Shown: positions 1 to 12,537 of the stretch, one piece after another
How positions within the stretch are numbered: position 1 is the stretch's first letter
Layout: every line of letters begins with the position of its first letter
NCBI GenBank assembly: GCA_023213395.1
Contig: CM041465.1
Span: 224,571,741-224,635,740, forward strand
Direction: 5' to 3'
Origin: Cycas panzhihuaensis
Lineage: Eukaryota; Plantae; Cycadophyta
Length of the DNA stretch: 64,000 nt
The notes under the pieces: generated by a model
Database searches by the model: none
What the model was told of the DNA's origin: nothing
Seen by the model: only the letters and a program-made list of their open reading frames with translations
Made by a program: the position numbers and the translations under genes

Positions 1-1354
1 GTACATGTTACAGGATGGAAAATTGACCCTCAGATTAACCCCCATTTTTAAAGTCCCCATAAAATTAAAGAGAAATTTAAAAATCATAAATGAAAAGTTA
101 GTAGTTAAGGTTAGAAAGCTTAAAGAGGTGTCGCATAGTTCTTAAGATATCATCCAAATGAAGTCATTATGAAGAATTGTGCATAGGAGATGACCTCTCA
201 TTGGTGCATGAGGAGGCAAGTTTCTTAGTCCATCTTTCTCGTAAGTCAAGTTCTCTCATATAAAACCTCATAAGTAGAAGAGGAAAGAACACATTATAGT
301 GTTAACAGGGGAGATATCGTTGGAGTAGAGAGCTAAGGAGAGATAAGGACAAATGACTTCACTCTAATACTTCATCAAATAATTCCTCTACTAGTGAATG
401 TACAATTGAACTTTGCAAGACAACAAGCTAAGACATTTATCATTTCAATCAAGTTTACTTTCAAGAATTAAATGCTATTTTATATTATTAGATCTTTGTT
501 CTTCCTCTAACACAGAGATAATTGAGTTTTGGCCCAAAGGCCCCCTCTAAAAAATACATAAAAGTGTTTCTTAGACGAAGAAGTGATCCCCTAAGTGGTT
601 GTACAAATTGTATGACCCTACTATAGTTGTATGGATGCCAACAATATTGTATAGGTTTGTACCATAGTGAAACAAGGGTTTAAGAAGCTATTTCTATGAT
701 GGCATAGTTTACTGGTTAGAATTAGTTCTAACTATTTACATGAAGATTTGAAAGTGAAAACACAATGAAAGTACATTTGAATCCACTGTATGCCTATACA
801 CATACTACTATACAATCTGGGGCAGTTACATATCCTATAACAACAATTAATGCTTTAATAAATGAAGTAAAATAGAAAATATGAAGTGTTGTAAACTTAG
901 CATTTGCATGCGTAAACAGTTGTAAAATATGATGGAATTTTAGGGATAGTTGGAGTACAAATGTATACATAGTACTGTATGGTCACTTTTAGCAAACCAT
1001 ACAAATTGCTTCATATTTGCATTTAATGATTACAAACTTTGATTTTTTGAGTGTTAGGAAAAATGCATCAACATGCAACTTAGTTTTTGATATAAATAAA
1101 TGGTAAATCATAGTAAGATAGATCGAATCTGGTAGTGCCACAACATTGTACTGCATGGATTGATGTATATATAATCCATATAACTACATTTTTAGTAGCA
1201 TTTAATCTCCGAACCCTAGCAATATTGATAACAGGTATAGTGGTTATATTATCAACAAAAACAACTATAGTGAATCCTCATTGGCTTGAACAATTGCTGG
1301 TGGTAACAACTGCTACTCTAGCTATAGCGACATTGCTATTGTAGAGGAATAATT

Positions 1355-1571
1355 TGTTGAGATATAATGTTTTATCTAGGATAGAAAGGGGGGTCATGTT
1401 AGACCCACCCATAAATGTACTCATGAGATAATGCCACTTGGCAGAGTCTGAGTGATCGGTTACATTAGGAGGTTGTAACCATCACATAACTCTTGTGTAT
1501 TAAAGCAAATTGAATCTCAATAGAAACACGAACATTCTTTCCTCTCACAACTTTTGCTCTGGTTTTCAACA
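1355..1571 (+). repeat. 5' LTR of C1
   Basis: Direct repeat of 6301-6518. Confidence 0.95.
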
Positions 1572-2219
1572 TGGTATCGAGGTGCTCGTTAACTGATCTT
1601 TTTCTTCCGTAAATTCTTCCACAATTATCTCATCAAGGGTGCAAGAGAAGATAAAAGCGTTGAAGCGATTTTTAAAGTTAAAGACCACAGATTTCTTCGA
1701 TTATGCGGAACCGTGCGGACTGTCTGGAATTGTACGGACGGCAAAATTTCAAAGTACTCAGTTAGGCGAAAATTTGTGGGGAGGTAGATCTGAAGGCAGG
1801 AGCATACTTTTCTTCCGGAGCGAGTCCGTCGAGGTCGTTTTGAGCCAAAAAGCCCCCGAACCGGTCCAGCGTTTTCAAGGGATTCTCTCAAAAATCTCAT
1901 CGATTTGCAAGTAAATTGGGTAAAATCATCCCAAATCTTACGTAGAGACAAGATTCAAGTTTGCAACTCAAATCGAAGGATTTAATTCGGTAATTTTTCG
2001 ATTTTCTCTCAAAACCGAAATTTGCCCTAATGGCGCTTTTCATTTAAACCCAGTTTCTCTCATTTGAGAAAAAATTTTAAGAATCCGTCTTGGATCCCGA
2101 GCGGCGCTGAGATACCTACATTTTGAGGTACATTTCATTTTTGGCCGTACAACTAGGGTTTTGTCTGAATTCAAATCTGTTGTATGAGACGATTCTCTAG
2201 AACAGTTTTGACCAAAAAA

Positions 2220-5200
2220 ATGTCTTCCTCTCTCATCACTCTGTCTCGAACCGGAAAAATTGGTGGTTCAAATTTCCATGTATGGAGAATTAAAATGGAG
2301 ACCATTCGAGGATGAAAGATGCAGGAAATCGTGAAGGGACAGAGAAACGCCCACCTAATGGTGATGATAAATTAAGAAGTTGGATTGAAAGAAACAACAT
2401 GGGTAATCTCATCTTAAAATGTCCATTTCGATTACATTCTTGTTTATGTCGAAAAATCGAGTCCTTTGAAATCTGGAAATGTCTAGAAAATCTATATGGG
2501 CAAAAAATAAGGCAAGAATCATTGCTCTTAAAGAGGAGTCAGATAAACTTCATATGAAAGAAAACGAAGATGTAGAAGAATACATGCATAAAATCATCAG
2601 TGTGAGAAATAATCTCTTGAGTCTTTGGAGGCATAATATCGAACAAGATCTTGTGGAAATTGTATGACAAAGTGCCAAAATCATTTGATACAATTGTCAA
2701 CACCATCACCGATAGTGATAGGCTAGACAAATTAACACTTGATGAATTGGAGTGCGCTCCTAAGACGGAACAAAGAAACAAAAGATAGGAAAGCACGACG
2801 GAGTTAGAGGATGCATTTGCATCCGATTGAATCTCGGGCCAAGAGGAAGACAACAATTTCGAGCACCAAGCGAGTGTCGATTTTAGAGGACGATCAGTTG
2901 AGGGCGTGGGCCGGGTCAAACTCAGGAGGGCGAGGATACAGCAGAGAAAATAGAATATGTTACAATTGTGGATGCACTGGACACTTCGCCAGCAATTGCA
3001 GGATCTTTGACATATCTTTGCTCTGCGGACAAAGTGGACACTACCCTTATCGGTGTCCACGAGGCGAAATGAAATTTACAAAGGAAAGCGACCTATCGGC
3101 GGATCTGACAAAGAAAAGGATGAAGAAGAAGAAGAAGAGGAGACGACCTTCATCACGACTTTGGTCACGGAATGAAAGACAAAGACATATGGTACATAGA
3201 CTCAGGAGCTTCAAAACACATGACAAGTCGGGAAGAATGGTTTCAAACCATGAATCCATACAATATGGTCAAATCGGTGGAGTGGGTGACAAGTATTCCC
3301 TTAACATAAAAGGGATTGGAACTATTTACGTAAACTGAATGGAAATGAAAGAAAAATTGGAAATGTTTTGTTTGTACGGATCTCAAGATGAATCTTCTTT
3401 ACTTTCTCAACTAAGCAAAAGGGGTTGAGAACCATTTTTGATGAAGAAGGAATTGCCACATTGGACATGAAAAAAGATGGAAAGATTGTTGCAAAGGGGT
3501 CGATGCAATGACCTTTACAAACTTCATCAAATCCTGTACTTCCTTATGCGGAAGAAAAAGCTTGTCTTGTTTTTCTAATAATAAAGTATGGCATTTAAGG
3601 TATGGACATCTCTCAATTGACACACTTAAGCGGATGGAAAAGTCGAGAAATGGTAAATGGTTTGACTAATATCTCTTGAGATACATTTGTTTGTAAAGGT
3701 TGTCAACTTGGGAAACAAGATAGACTTCCTTTTTGGAAAGCACTTGGAAATCTCGGTTCAAATTAGAATTGATTCACCACGGACATTTGTGGACCAATTT
3801 CACCTCTGTCAATTAATGGATGCGAGATATTTCTTGACTTTTATTGATGACTTCACTCGAAAGGTATGGGTTTATTTTTACATAATAAGTCAAGTCTTTG
3901 AAACATTTAAAGAATTTAAGGCGGTTGAGTTGGAATCGGGAATGAAAATCAAATGCATCAGTCGGATGGAGGAGGAGAATATTTGTCAAGCGAGTTTCTA
4001 AATTATTGCAAGTACGAGAGGAATTCGTAGACAAGTTACAACTCCTTATACTCCTCAATCAAATGGAGTAGCTGAAAGAAAGAATAGAACTTTGATGGAA
4101 ATGGCTCGAAGCATGATGTATAATACAAAATATCCAAGACATATTGGGCGAGATCGGCCTGACATGCTATTTAATAAAGCGAAGTCCAACGTAACATTGA
4201 AGAACATCACTCGGAAGAAGCTTGGACGGAGATGAAACACGATGTAAGTCTTCTTAAAGTATTTGGTAGTCAAGCATTTGTGCATATTCACGATAAAGAA
4301 GATCCAAACTAGATGCAAAAAGCATAGAATGTGTCTTGATAGGATACGAGAAAATTCAAAGGCATATAAGTGCATAGATCCAAAACAAATAGAATCTATG
4401 TAAGTAGAGATGTCGTCTTTAATGAAGTTAGTTCAGATGAATCTTCACAAATTAATATAATAGAAAATGAAAAGGAACAAGAAACTGCCAAACACAGAGT
4501 AATACAAGAAGATGAGGAAGAAAATCAGTCAGGAATTACTTCAGAAGATCAAGAAACTGAAAAAGGAAATGATCTAGAAATCACTTCTGAAGAAGGAAAT
4601 GATCTAGAAATCACTTCTGAAGAAGGACAAGCCGATGCATTATCACCAGTCAGACAGGGAAAGGAAAGTACACAGAAACAAAAGAAATTGCCAAAATGGT
4701 ATATCAAAGCTGAAGAAGGAAATATATTAGAAACAGAAACGCGAGGACAAAGGCCAAAAGCTCTTACGAGCAAGGTTGAACCACGGAATTTTGAAGAAGC
4801 AAAAGATCATTTAGAATGGAGAAGCAATGGACAATGAAATAAATTCAATCAAGAAGAATCAAACATGGGAATTAGTGGAACTACACCGCTAATAAATCCA
4901 CCGTGAACGCAAATGGGTCTACAAAACAAAGAGAGGAGTCGATGGCAAAATTGAGAAACACAAAGCAAGGTTAGTTGCAAAAGGATACACCCAAAGCTGC
5001 GGGCATAGATTTTGATGAGACTTTTCTCCGAGAGCAAAGATGAACACGAGAAGGGCGATGAATAGCCTTGGTCGCTACTCAAGGTTGGGGAATCTCTCGG
5101 ATGGATGTAAAGAGTGCATTCCTAAGCGGTGAACTAGAAGAAGAGGTTTATATGCAACAACGGATGGATATGCGAGCAGGGAAAAGAAAATCTAGTCTCG

Positions 5201-6293
5201 CAAATTGAAAAAGGCCTTGTATGGTCTAAAACAAGCACCGCGTGCACAGTATGCAAAACTAGATCACTTTCTTGATGAAAATAAGTTCATTCGATTATGT
5301 AACGCAGACTCAAGTCTCAGACATAAGGAAAACAAACAACAAGATAACAATAATTGTTGTTTATGTGGATGATATACTTCTTAAGAATGATGTAGAAGGA
5401 ATCAAGTGGATCAAAAGTCAACTTCAGAAATTTGAAATGATGATTTGGGTTCACTAAATTATTACTTGGGACTGGAGATAGGTCGGCACCAAAACTACAT
5501 AACTTTGTCCCAAAGCAACTACATCAAAAATCTGCTTGTTCGATTCCAGATGGAGAATTGCAATCCATGCACCACCCCCATGGAAACAAATTGTGATCGG
5601 CGGTAGATAGTATGGAAAAGATGCGAGATGTTACCTTTATGCAGGCAAATGATTGGAAGTCGATTTATCGGCGGACTACCGGGCCGACATATTCTACTCG
5701 GTGGGACTAATATCAAGATATATGCGAGAATCCAAAGCGAGAGACAACGGCAAGCCGCAAAAGAATTACGAGATACCTCAAAGGAACAACAGATCTCAAA
5801 CTAGTATATTCAAGGGGCATCCAATCAAAATAACAGGTATTGCGATTCGGTAGGCAAAGATAAAGAACAAAGGAAATCCACAAGTGGATATTGTTTCTTC
5901 CTAGGAGCTTGACAATCTCGTGGTGCAAGAAGAAACAACAAGTGGCTCTCTCCTCTCTGACGAGAATATAAAGCGACCACATCGACACTTTGTGAAGCCA
6001 TCTGGTTAAGACAACTCTTGCTTGATTTGAATCAACAGCAGAAAGAAGCAACATCTCTAAAGTGTGACAACCAAAGTGCCATCAAGCTAACTAAAAATCC
6101 AATTTTGCATGCAAGAACAAAACATATTGAAGTTCATCATCACTTTATAAGAGAAAAAGTGCAGAACAAAGAGATAGGCTTGGAATCTTGCCGACATCCG
6201 AACAAGTTGCGAGATCTTTTGACAAAACCTCTTGGGAGAGAAAGGCTCAGATATTTGAGAGACAAGATTGGACTTTTAGAGATAAAACATTAA
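2220..6293 (+). pseudogene. Copia gag-pol of C1 (frameshifted as assembled)
   Basis: Zinc knuckle CYNCGCTGHFASNC. Protease WYIDSGAS. Integrase RYFLTFIDDFTRKVWVY and PQSNGVAERKN. RT MDVKSAFL and VYVDD. RNase H CDNQSAIKLTKNPILHARTKHIEVHHHF. Confidence 0.93.
4563..4627 (+). repeat. In-frame 30-bp tandem duplication (GNDLEITSEE x2) in the INT-RT linker of C1
   Basis: aaggaaatgatctagaaatcacttctgaag occurs twice in tandem. Confidence 0.9.
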
Positions 6294-6300
6294 GAGGGGG

Positions 6301-6518
6301 TGTTGAGATATAATGTTTTATCTAGGATAGAAAGGGGGGTCATGTTAGACCCACCCATAAATGTACTCATGAGATAATGCCACTTGGCGGTCTCGAGTGA
6401 TCGGTTACATTAGGAGGTTGTAACCATCACATAACTCTTGTGTATTAAAGCAAATTGAATCTCAATAGAAACACGAACATTCTTTCCTCTGTCAACTTTT
6501 TGCTCTGGTTTTTCAACA
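6301..6518 (+). repeat. 3' LTR of C1
   Basis: Follows the PPT and is followed by TSD TAATT. Confidence 0.95.
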
Positions 6519-6523
6519 TAATT

Positions 6524-6961
6524 TTGCTAGAAGAAGAACTTTACTGCTGAATTATAAATAAATGTAAATAAAAAAACAATGTAGACGATGGTTACTCACT
6601 TGATTTGCAAGACCAAGTCCAGCTCTGACTTCAATGGTTAAGGTATCCACGATGCAATCCTCTTCGAGGTGAGGTGTCCTCCATGTGGTCCTCTTTGAGG
6701 CAAGGTGTCCTCCACACATGCCAAATATTTTGAGTGCTAGACCTGCAGAGAGAGAAAAACATAGTTATCCTAGGTGAGGGCCTAGGATTATTTATACGGA
6801 TGAATCTCTTAGGGTTAGCCAACTAGGGTTTGTTGGGTAGCCAAGAGGGTATTTAATTTATTGGCTGGCTAGAAGGGTGTTTAATTCTATTGAGGTTGGC
6901 CAAACTAGAATTTGATTGGTCAGTTAGAAGGGAGATTGGTTGGCTAGGAAGACGTGTTACA
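6524..6961 (-). repeat. Larger part of the split 3' LTR of G1
   Basis: Aligns to about 12040-12532. The missing first ~32 bp lie at 1323-1354 on the other side of C1. Confidence 0.88.
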
Positions 6962-6963
6962 AG

Positions 6964-9900
6964 TCCCTTCCCTTGAAAACATGCTTTGCCCTCAAGGCAT
7001 AGGTAAGTTAGTATGTTGTTTATACTAGTTTTCGTTATCCCATGTGGCATCCTCGAGGTCTTGGTTTTTCCATTTTATTAGGTATTCTTGTATTTCCTTG
7101 GAATGTAAGTTTCTTGTTTTGGTTTGGAGGATTCCTTCTAGTTGTAGTATTAACTTGCCTTACTCGTGGAGTATGGGTAGGTTTGTTTGGGGTATTGTAT
7201 TTTGTCCTAATTTTCGTTTGAGGCAAGAAATATGGAAAACATTGTGTATGTGGGTGGTGGGTGGTAGATGGAGTTTGTAAGCTACTTGCCCTACTTTGTC
7301 TTGTATTTGGTATGGGCTGAAGAACTGTGGTTGTAGTTTGTACTTGCTTGCCCGTTTAGGGTGGTTTGTTTGTATGGTTGTAGTCTGAGGAAAGACCTAA
7401 TCTCTTGGTTCACATGACCTTTCTACCCTCTGTCGGTTGGCTTGTTGTTTAATACGATTTCTGATAGTGTTTAGGTTGTCTTTCAATATTTGCAATGTTT
7501 GTTCTATTTGTTCTTGTTGTATTTAGATAGATTGACTAGGAGATGTCGTGGCCTATTTGAGAAGTGAGGGTGGTTCAAATCCATATAGTGTTTGGAAGGG
7601 GGTCATCTTGGTAGATGTATGATAAGTGGTGTTATACCGCCATTCAACTAAGTGTATCCATTTGTGCCATTGGTGTTATTTGTTGGATGCAAAGCTTCTT
7701 AAATACCCTTCTAGGCATTTGTGTACTAGTTTTGTTTGACTGTCTATGTGAGGGCGATAGGCTGAGCTCATTGCTAGTTGGGTGTCAATTTATCTAAATA
7801 GTTTTTACAAAAAAGTTCTTGTAAATTTAGGGTTGCAGTTGCTAACGATGATCTTTGGGAACCCATGGAGTCTGTGAATCTCTTTGATGAACAGGTCAAC
7901 AATTTGATTGGCTTTTGTTGTTGCTTGGGTGCCTATAAAGTGAACGTATTTGGTTAGTCAGTTTACTACCACAAAAATTGAATCCTTTCCTTTTGAAGTG
8001 GGGAGTCCTGTTATGAAGTCCATTGATATTTCTTCCCACTTTTGTTCATGTATGTATAGGGGTTGTAGTAGTCCTAGTATTTTGGTGTTCTCGGTCTTGT
8101 TCCTCTGACATGTGTTGCATTTTGATATGAATTCAAGGATGTTCGATTTCATTCCCTTCAAAAAATATGTATTGCAGATCGAACAATAGGTCTTATTGAT
8201 TCCTATGTGTCCTACGGCTAGTGCAGAGTGAGCTTCATGAAGTATCTTGTTTTTGAATGTTGATGTGGGGCATAGCAAAATTTTTCCTTTGCGCAGAATT
8301 AGGTTGCGATGTAGGGAATATTTTTTGTGCATTAGCATGATTTTGGTGTATCTTTTGGGTTGTGCAGTCAGCTTTGTATTATTGAACTAGTTCCTAGAGC
8401 TAGTTGGGGATGGTTATGGAGGTGGCTAGTAGGGAGGAGTGTTCAAGGATCCTTGATAATGCATCAACAAGGACATTTTCTTTACCTTTTTTTCTAGATA
8501 ATATTGAAGTCAAATGTTTGAAGTTTGTTTACCCATTTTTGTTGCTCATCGTATAGGTTCTTTCGAGTTAAGAACTATTTGAGGATATCATCGTTGGTTT
8601 TAACTATGAACTTACTACCAAGTAGGTATTGTTGCCATTGGTGTATGGCATGCATGATTGCTAACATTTCCTTGTCCTAGATGGGTTTTAGTTGTTCTCT
8701 TGCATTTAGCTTGCGACTTTCATAAGCTAAGGGTTTGTTGTCTTTCAATAGTACTACTCTAACTCCTACCCCTAATGTGTCGCATTCCAAGGTGAATGGA
8801 CGACTTAAGTCTGGTGTTGTGGGAATAGGTGTGGTTATCATTGCATTTTTTAGTGCTTGGAAAGCTATTTTTGCTAGTTTGCTCCACGTCAATATGTCCT
8901 TTTTTGTCAGGTCTGATAATGGGGCTGTAATGTGGGCATATTGCCTAATGAAACACCGTAAAAACTCGACAACACCTAAGAACCTTCTTACACCCATTAC
9001 GTTTTTTGGTGGGGGCAGTCTATAATCACATGGACTTTCTTAGGATCCATCTTGATGCCATCTTGGGTAATGTTGTGTCCAAGGTATTCCCAAATGTACA
9101 TTTGGCCTTGTTTGCAAAGAATTGGTTGTCAACTAGTATTTGTAATACTGCCTTGAGGTGTTCCATATGTTCTTCCCAAGTCTTGATATAAATGAGAATG
9201 TTATCAAAGAACACTAGAACAAATTTGCGTAAAAAAGGTTTAGTATTTGGTTCATGGTACTCTAGAATGTGGTTGGTGCATTGGTTAAGCCAAATGGCAT
9301 AACCTATAATTCAAACAAGCCTTCATGTGTTTGGAAAGCCATTTTGTAAACATCTTTTGGTTTGATGCGGATTTGGTGGTAACCTGAACATAAGTCAATC
9401 TTTGAGAAATCCTTGCTCCATGTAATTTATCAAGGAGGTCATCTATCCTAGGAATTGAATATCTATTCTTGATTGTGAGTGTGTTGAGGGCTCTAAAGTC
9501 AATGAACATGTGGTATGATCCATCCTTTTTTCGGGTTAGTACTATTGGTGCTGTGAAGGGGCTTGAGCTAGGTGTAATATACCCTTGTTGTAAGAGTTCT
9601 TGTGTAATCCATTCTATTTCCTTTTTGAAGTGATGGGGGTGTTGGTATGATTGGATGTTTATTGGTGTTGACCCTGGTGCTAGTTCGATGGGGTGCCCAC
9701 ATTCTTAGCTAGGGGGCAATCTTGGGGGTTCTTAAAAAACTTTGTTGTATTGGTTAATAGGGTTTTATACTTCGAGGGGAAGATCTTCTACTATGATTTT
9801 ATAACAAATCGTTAAGTATGAGGTGGGGTTCTTCTTTAGCAGTTTTCCCATTTGGTTGGATGTTACTAACTGGGATGTGGGAGAGGGTTGGGCTTGTAGT

Positions 9901-11400
9901 CTAAACTTGCATCCTTTCTGAAAGAAACTCATGGAACCATTTCTATAGTTGGTAACAACATTCTCAAGGTTTTGGAGCCATTGGATGTCGAGGACTACAT
10001 TGACTCCTCCTATTGGCATGGCGAACATGCAAGTGTTGAGGGAGTAGTCTGCTATTTGTAAATGGACCTTCAAGTAGTATTCCTTCCATGGCATACTTTT
10101 TTTGTGGGTGACGGCAACTTGAAATATGTTGAGGGGTTTTATAGGTAGGCCTATCTTGGTTGCCATTGGTTTGTTGATGAAATTATGTGTCCTACCACTA
10201 TCAACCAGCACTGATATCCTATTGTTTTTTATTGTTCCTTCGAAGTGTAATGTTTGAGGCATGCTAACTTCCCCAGTAATGGCTTGAAGTGATAAGTGCA
10301 CATTTTCTCCTTTGGTTTCTTTTAGTAATTCTTCAATTTCAATCTCTTCGTTGGTTGGGTGTTGTTCTTGCTTTGGACCATCTTTGTTTGGGAGCTTTGC
10401 TTCTTCATTGTGGATCACAAATACCATTTTTTATCAGCATTTATGGTCATGATTCCATTTTGCTCCACAGTCAATGCAAGTTCCTCATTTTAGTTGTTTT
10501 GTCTTTGAGAGCCTTTTTGGTTCATTGTCATCTTTGTTTGTAAGTGGGGGTTTGGCTTTCATCCTTGACTTACTCCAATTTGGTTGGTAGTTCTGGGAGT
10601 GGGAGCCTTGACTTTGGTACCTAGGTGGTTCATTGTAGTAGATGTAACTTTGACTAGTTTCTCAGAGTTCAACCTTGACATTTCTAGCTTGGCATGTTGC
10701 CTCACTTAGGGATTGAATTGCCATAGCTTTGAGGTGGAATTTGATTGGGGGCCTAAGTCCAGTGATATAGGTTTCTATTAATTGTTTTAGTTTGATGTTA
10801 GTATTGACCAAGCTTTGTAAATTTGGAAATTGTTTAGAGTAAGCTTGGATGGAACTGGTTTGTTGCAATCTTATGAGTTGTGAGAAATAGTCAGTATTCC
10901 AAGGGTCCTCATATTGCTCTATTTAGGATGATTTACAAAATTCCCTATTGTAATGTTTAGAATCCTGGTAGATGTTGTTCCACTAGTGAAACCATTTCAA
11001 GGTTTTCCGGTATAGATGTAGGGAGGCGGTCATTATCTTGTCCTCTTTGGAGCCTAGATTTAACTGATAATACATGTCCATTTGGATGATCCAACTTTGA
11101 ATGTCTATGGATCTGTTTGGGTTAAATTTCTTGGGAAGAATTTTGCATTTTTAAGGCCAAAATCTTTCCTACCCCTTTCGTCATACTCTTTCCTACCTTT
11201 GTCGTTTGTTCTATTTTCCTATGGGTCAGTATCTTTCTTATCCTGGCTTCCCTCTCTTATCTCAATTTTTGGTTTAAGTCCCTGATCTCTTAAAGTTTGG
11301 TTTACATCTTTAATTACATGGGTTACAACCTCCATAACATCTACCCATAGTTTGTTATATTCACTATTCATTGATCGTTCATCCTAGCCATTTTGTCATT
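6964..11400 (-). pseudogene. Degenerate Gypsy gag-pol of G1 with C-terminal chromodomain
   Basis: Protease VLVDSGRTHNFI (ORF 9765-10427). [25 protein letters not shown] and FFDNILIY. RNase H PFTLECD..LAYESRKL. Integrase HHCC (HEAH..GH..CNTC) and WEEISMDFITGLP. Chromodomain-like EYLIKWKNQDLEDATW at about 7040-7090. Many stops and frameshifts. Confidence 0.9.
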
Positions 11401-12007
11401 TAGGCTATCTAGTCTTTTATTGATGTCTTCTATGGTTATTAAGGGTGAGTTCACCATTTTGGTTGGTGTTAAGATCCTCTTAATTTCCTATGGTCTTTTG
11501 TCAGTGGTGTTGGGATGATAGTGTGGGGCTTGGTATGTGGTTTTGAAAGTTGATTTGGGATGCTACATCTATGGGGGATTTTTGAGATTAGTGAGTTTGA
11601 AAGCAAATGGATAGGTTCAGTGGATGGGTGATTTACAGGCGAGACTGAGGATGGGTTTGTTGTGCTGGTAATCCTAAAATGCAGATAGACCAAAAAATTG
11701 GCAAATGTGAAGTGCGGCTAGGTGTGGGCAGATTGGAAAATTGTGGTGGTCAAAACTATGGACATGTCTACAATATGGGCAGACCTAGAGTGCATCCAAG
11801 TGTGGATAGAAAAAGTGGTCTTGTCTAAAATGTAGGTAGGTCTGACGTGAGGATAGACTTGCAGATCTATATTTATGGCTAAGATCTAGGAAAATCTGGG
11901 TTGTGGATAGTTTCGATGGTTGGGTAGATATGGTACTTGTAGATTTGTGTGAAAAAAATTAACGTGGAGATATAGGTTCCCCTTTTGAAACCTCACTTTG
12001 ATACCAC

Positions 12008-12532
12008 TGTAGCAACACTGCTACTGCAGAGGAATGATTTTGTTGGAAGAAGAACTTTACCACTGAATTATAAATAAATGTAAATAAACGAACAATGCAG
12101 ACGATGAGTACTTACTTGATTCCCAAAACCGGGTCCAACTCTGACTTTAGTGGTTAAGGTCTTCACGATGCAATCTTCTTTAAGGTGAGGCATCCTCCAA
12201 GTAGTCCTCTTTGAGGTGAGGCATCCTCCACATGTCCCAGATATTTTGAGCGCTAGACTTGCAGAGAGAAAAAACATGATAATCCTAGGCGAGGGCCCTA
12301 GTAGGGTATATATAGTGATGGATCTCTTTGGATCAGCCAATTGGGGTTTGTTGGTCAGCCAAGAGGATGTTTAATTTATTTGTCGGCCAGAACGATGTTT
12401 AATTCTATTGAGGTCCACCAAACTGTAATTTTATTGATAAGCTAGAAGCGGGATTGGTCAACCGGGAAGGAGTAATTCCATTGAGCTTGGTCAAACTGAA
12501 ATTTTATTGGTTGGCCAGGAAGGAGTGTTACA
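12008..12532 (-). repeat. 5' LTR of G1
   Basis: TG...CA termini, adjacent Met-type PBS, homologous to 1323-1354 + 6524-6961. Confidence 0.9.
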
Positions 12533-12537
12533 CTAGT

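Larger units (their letters stand above)
1355..6518 (+). mobile_element. Ty1/Copia LTR retrotransposon C1, full length, short LTRs
   Basis: LTRs 1355-1571 and 6301-6518 (TG..CA, nearly identical). Perfect TSD TAATT (1350-1354, 6519-6523). PBS-like tggtatcgag at 1572. PPT aagaggggg at 6292-6300. Order gag-PR-INT-RT-RH. Confidence 0.95.
1323..12532 (-). mobile_element. Ty3/Gypsy chromovirus (Reina-like) LTR retrotransposon G1, full length and degenerate, 3' LTR interrupted by Copia C1
   Basis: 5' LTR 12008-12532 matches the split 3' LTR (1323-1354 + 6524-6961). TSD CTAGC (1318-1322) / CTAGT (12533-12537). PBS tggtatcaaagtg (minus, ending 12006). PPT caagggaagggact next to 6961. Domain order gag-PR-RT-RH-INT-chromodomain. 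Confidence 0.9.

Noticed and set aside
1-600. Possible solo LTR starting tgttaca at position 6, with a TATA-like tataaaa
   Set aside because: No convincing CA end with a matching TSD, no PBS or PPT, and no second copy in the window.
1135-1344. 69-aa hydrophobic ORF
   Set aside because: No recognisable motif, and its last codons come from the G1 LTR.
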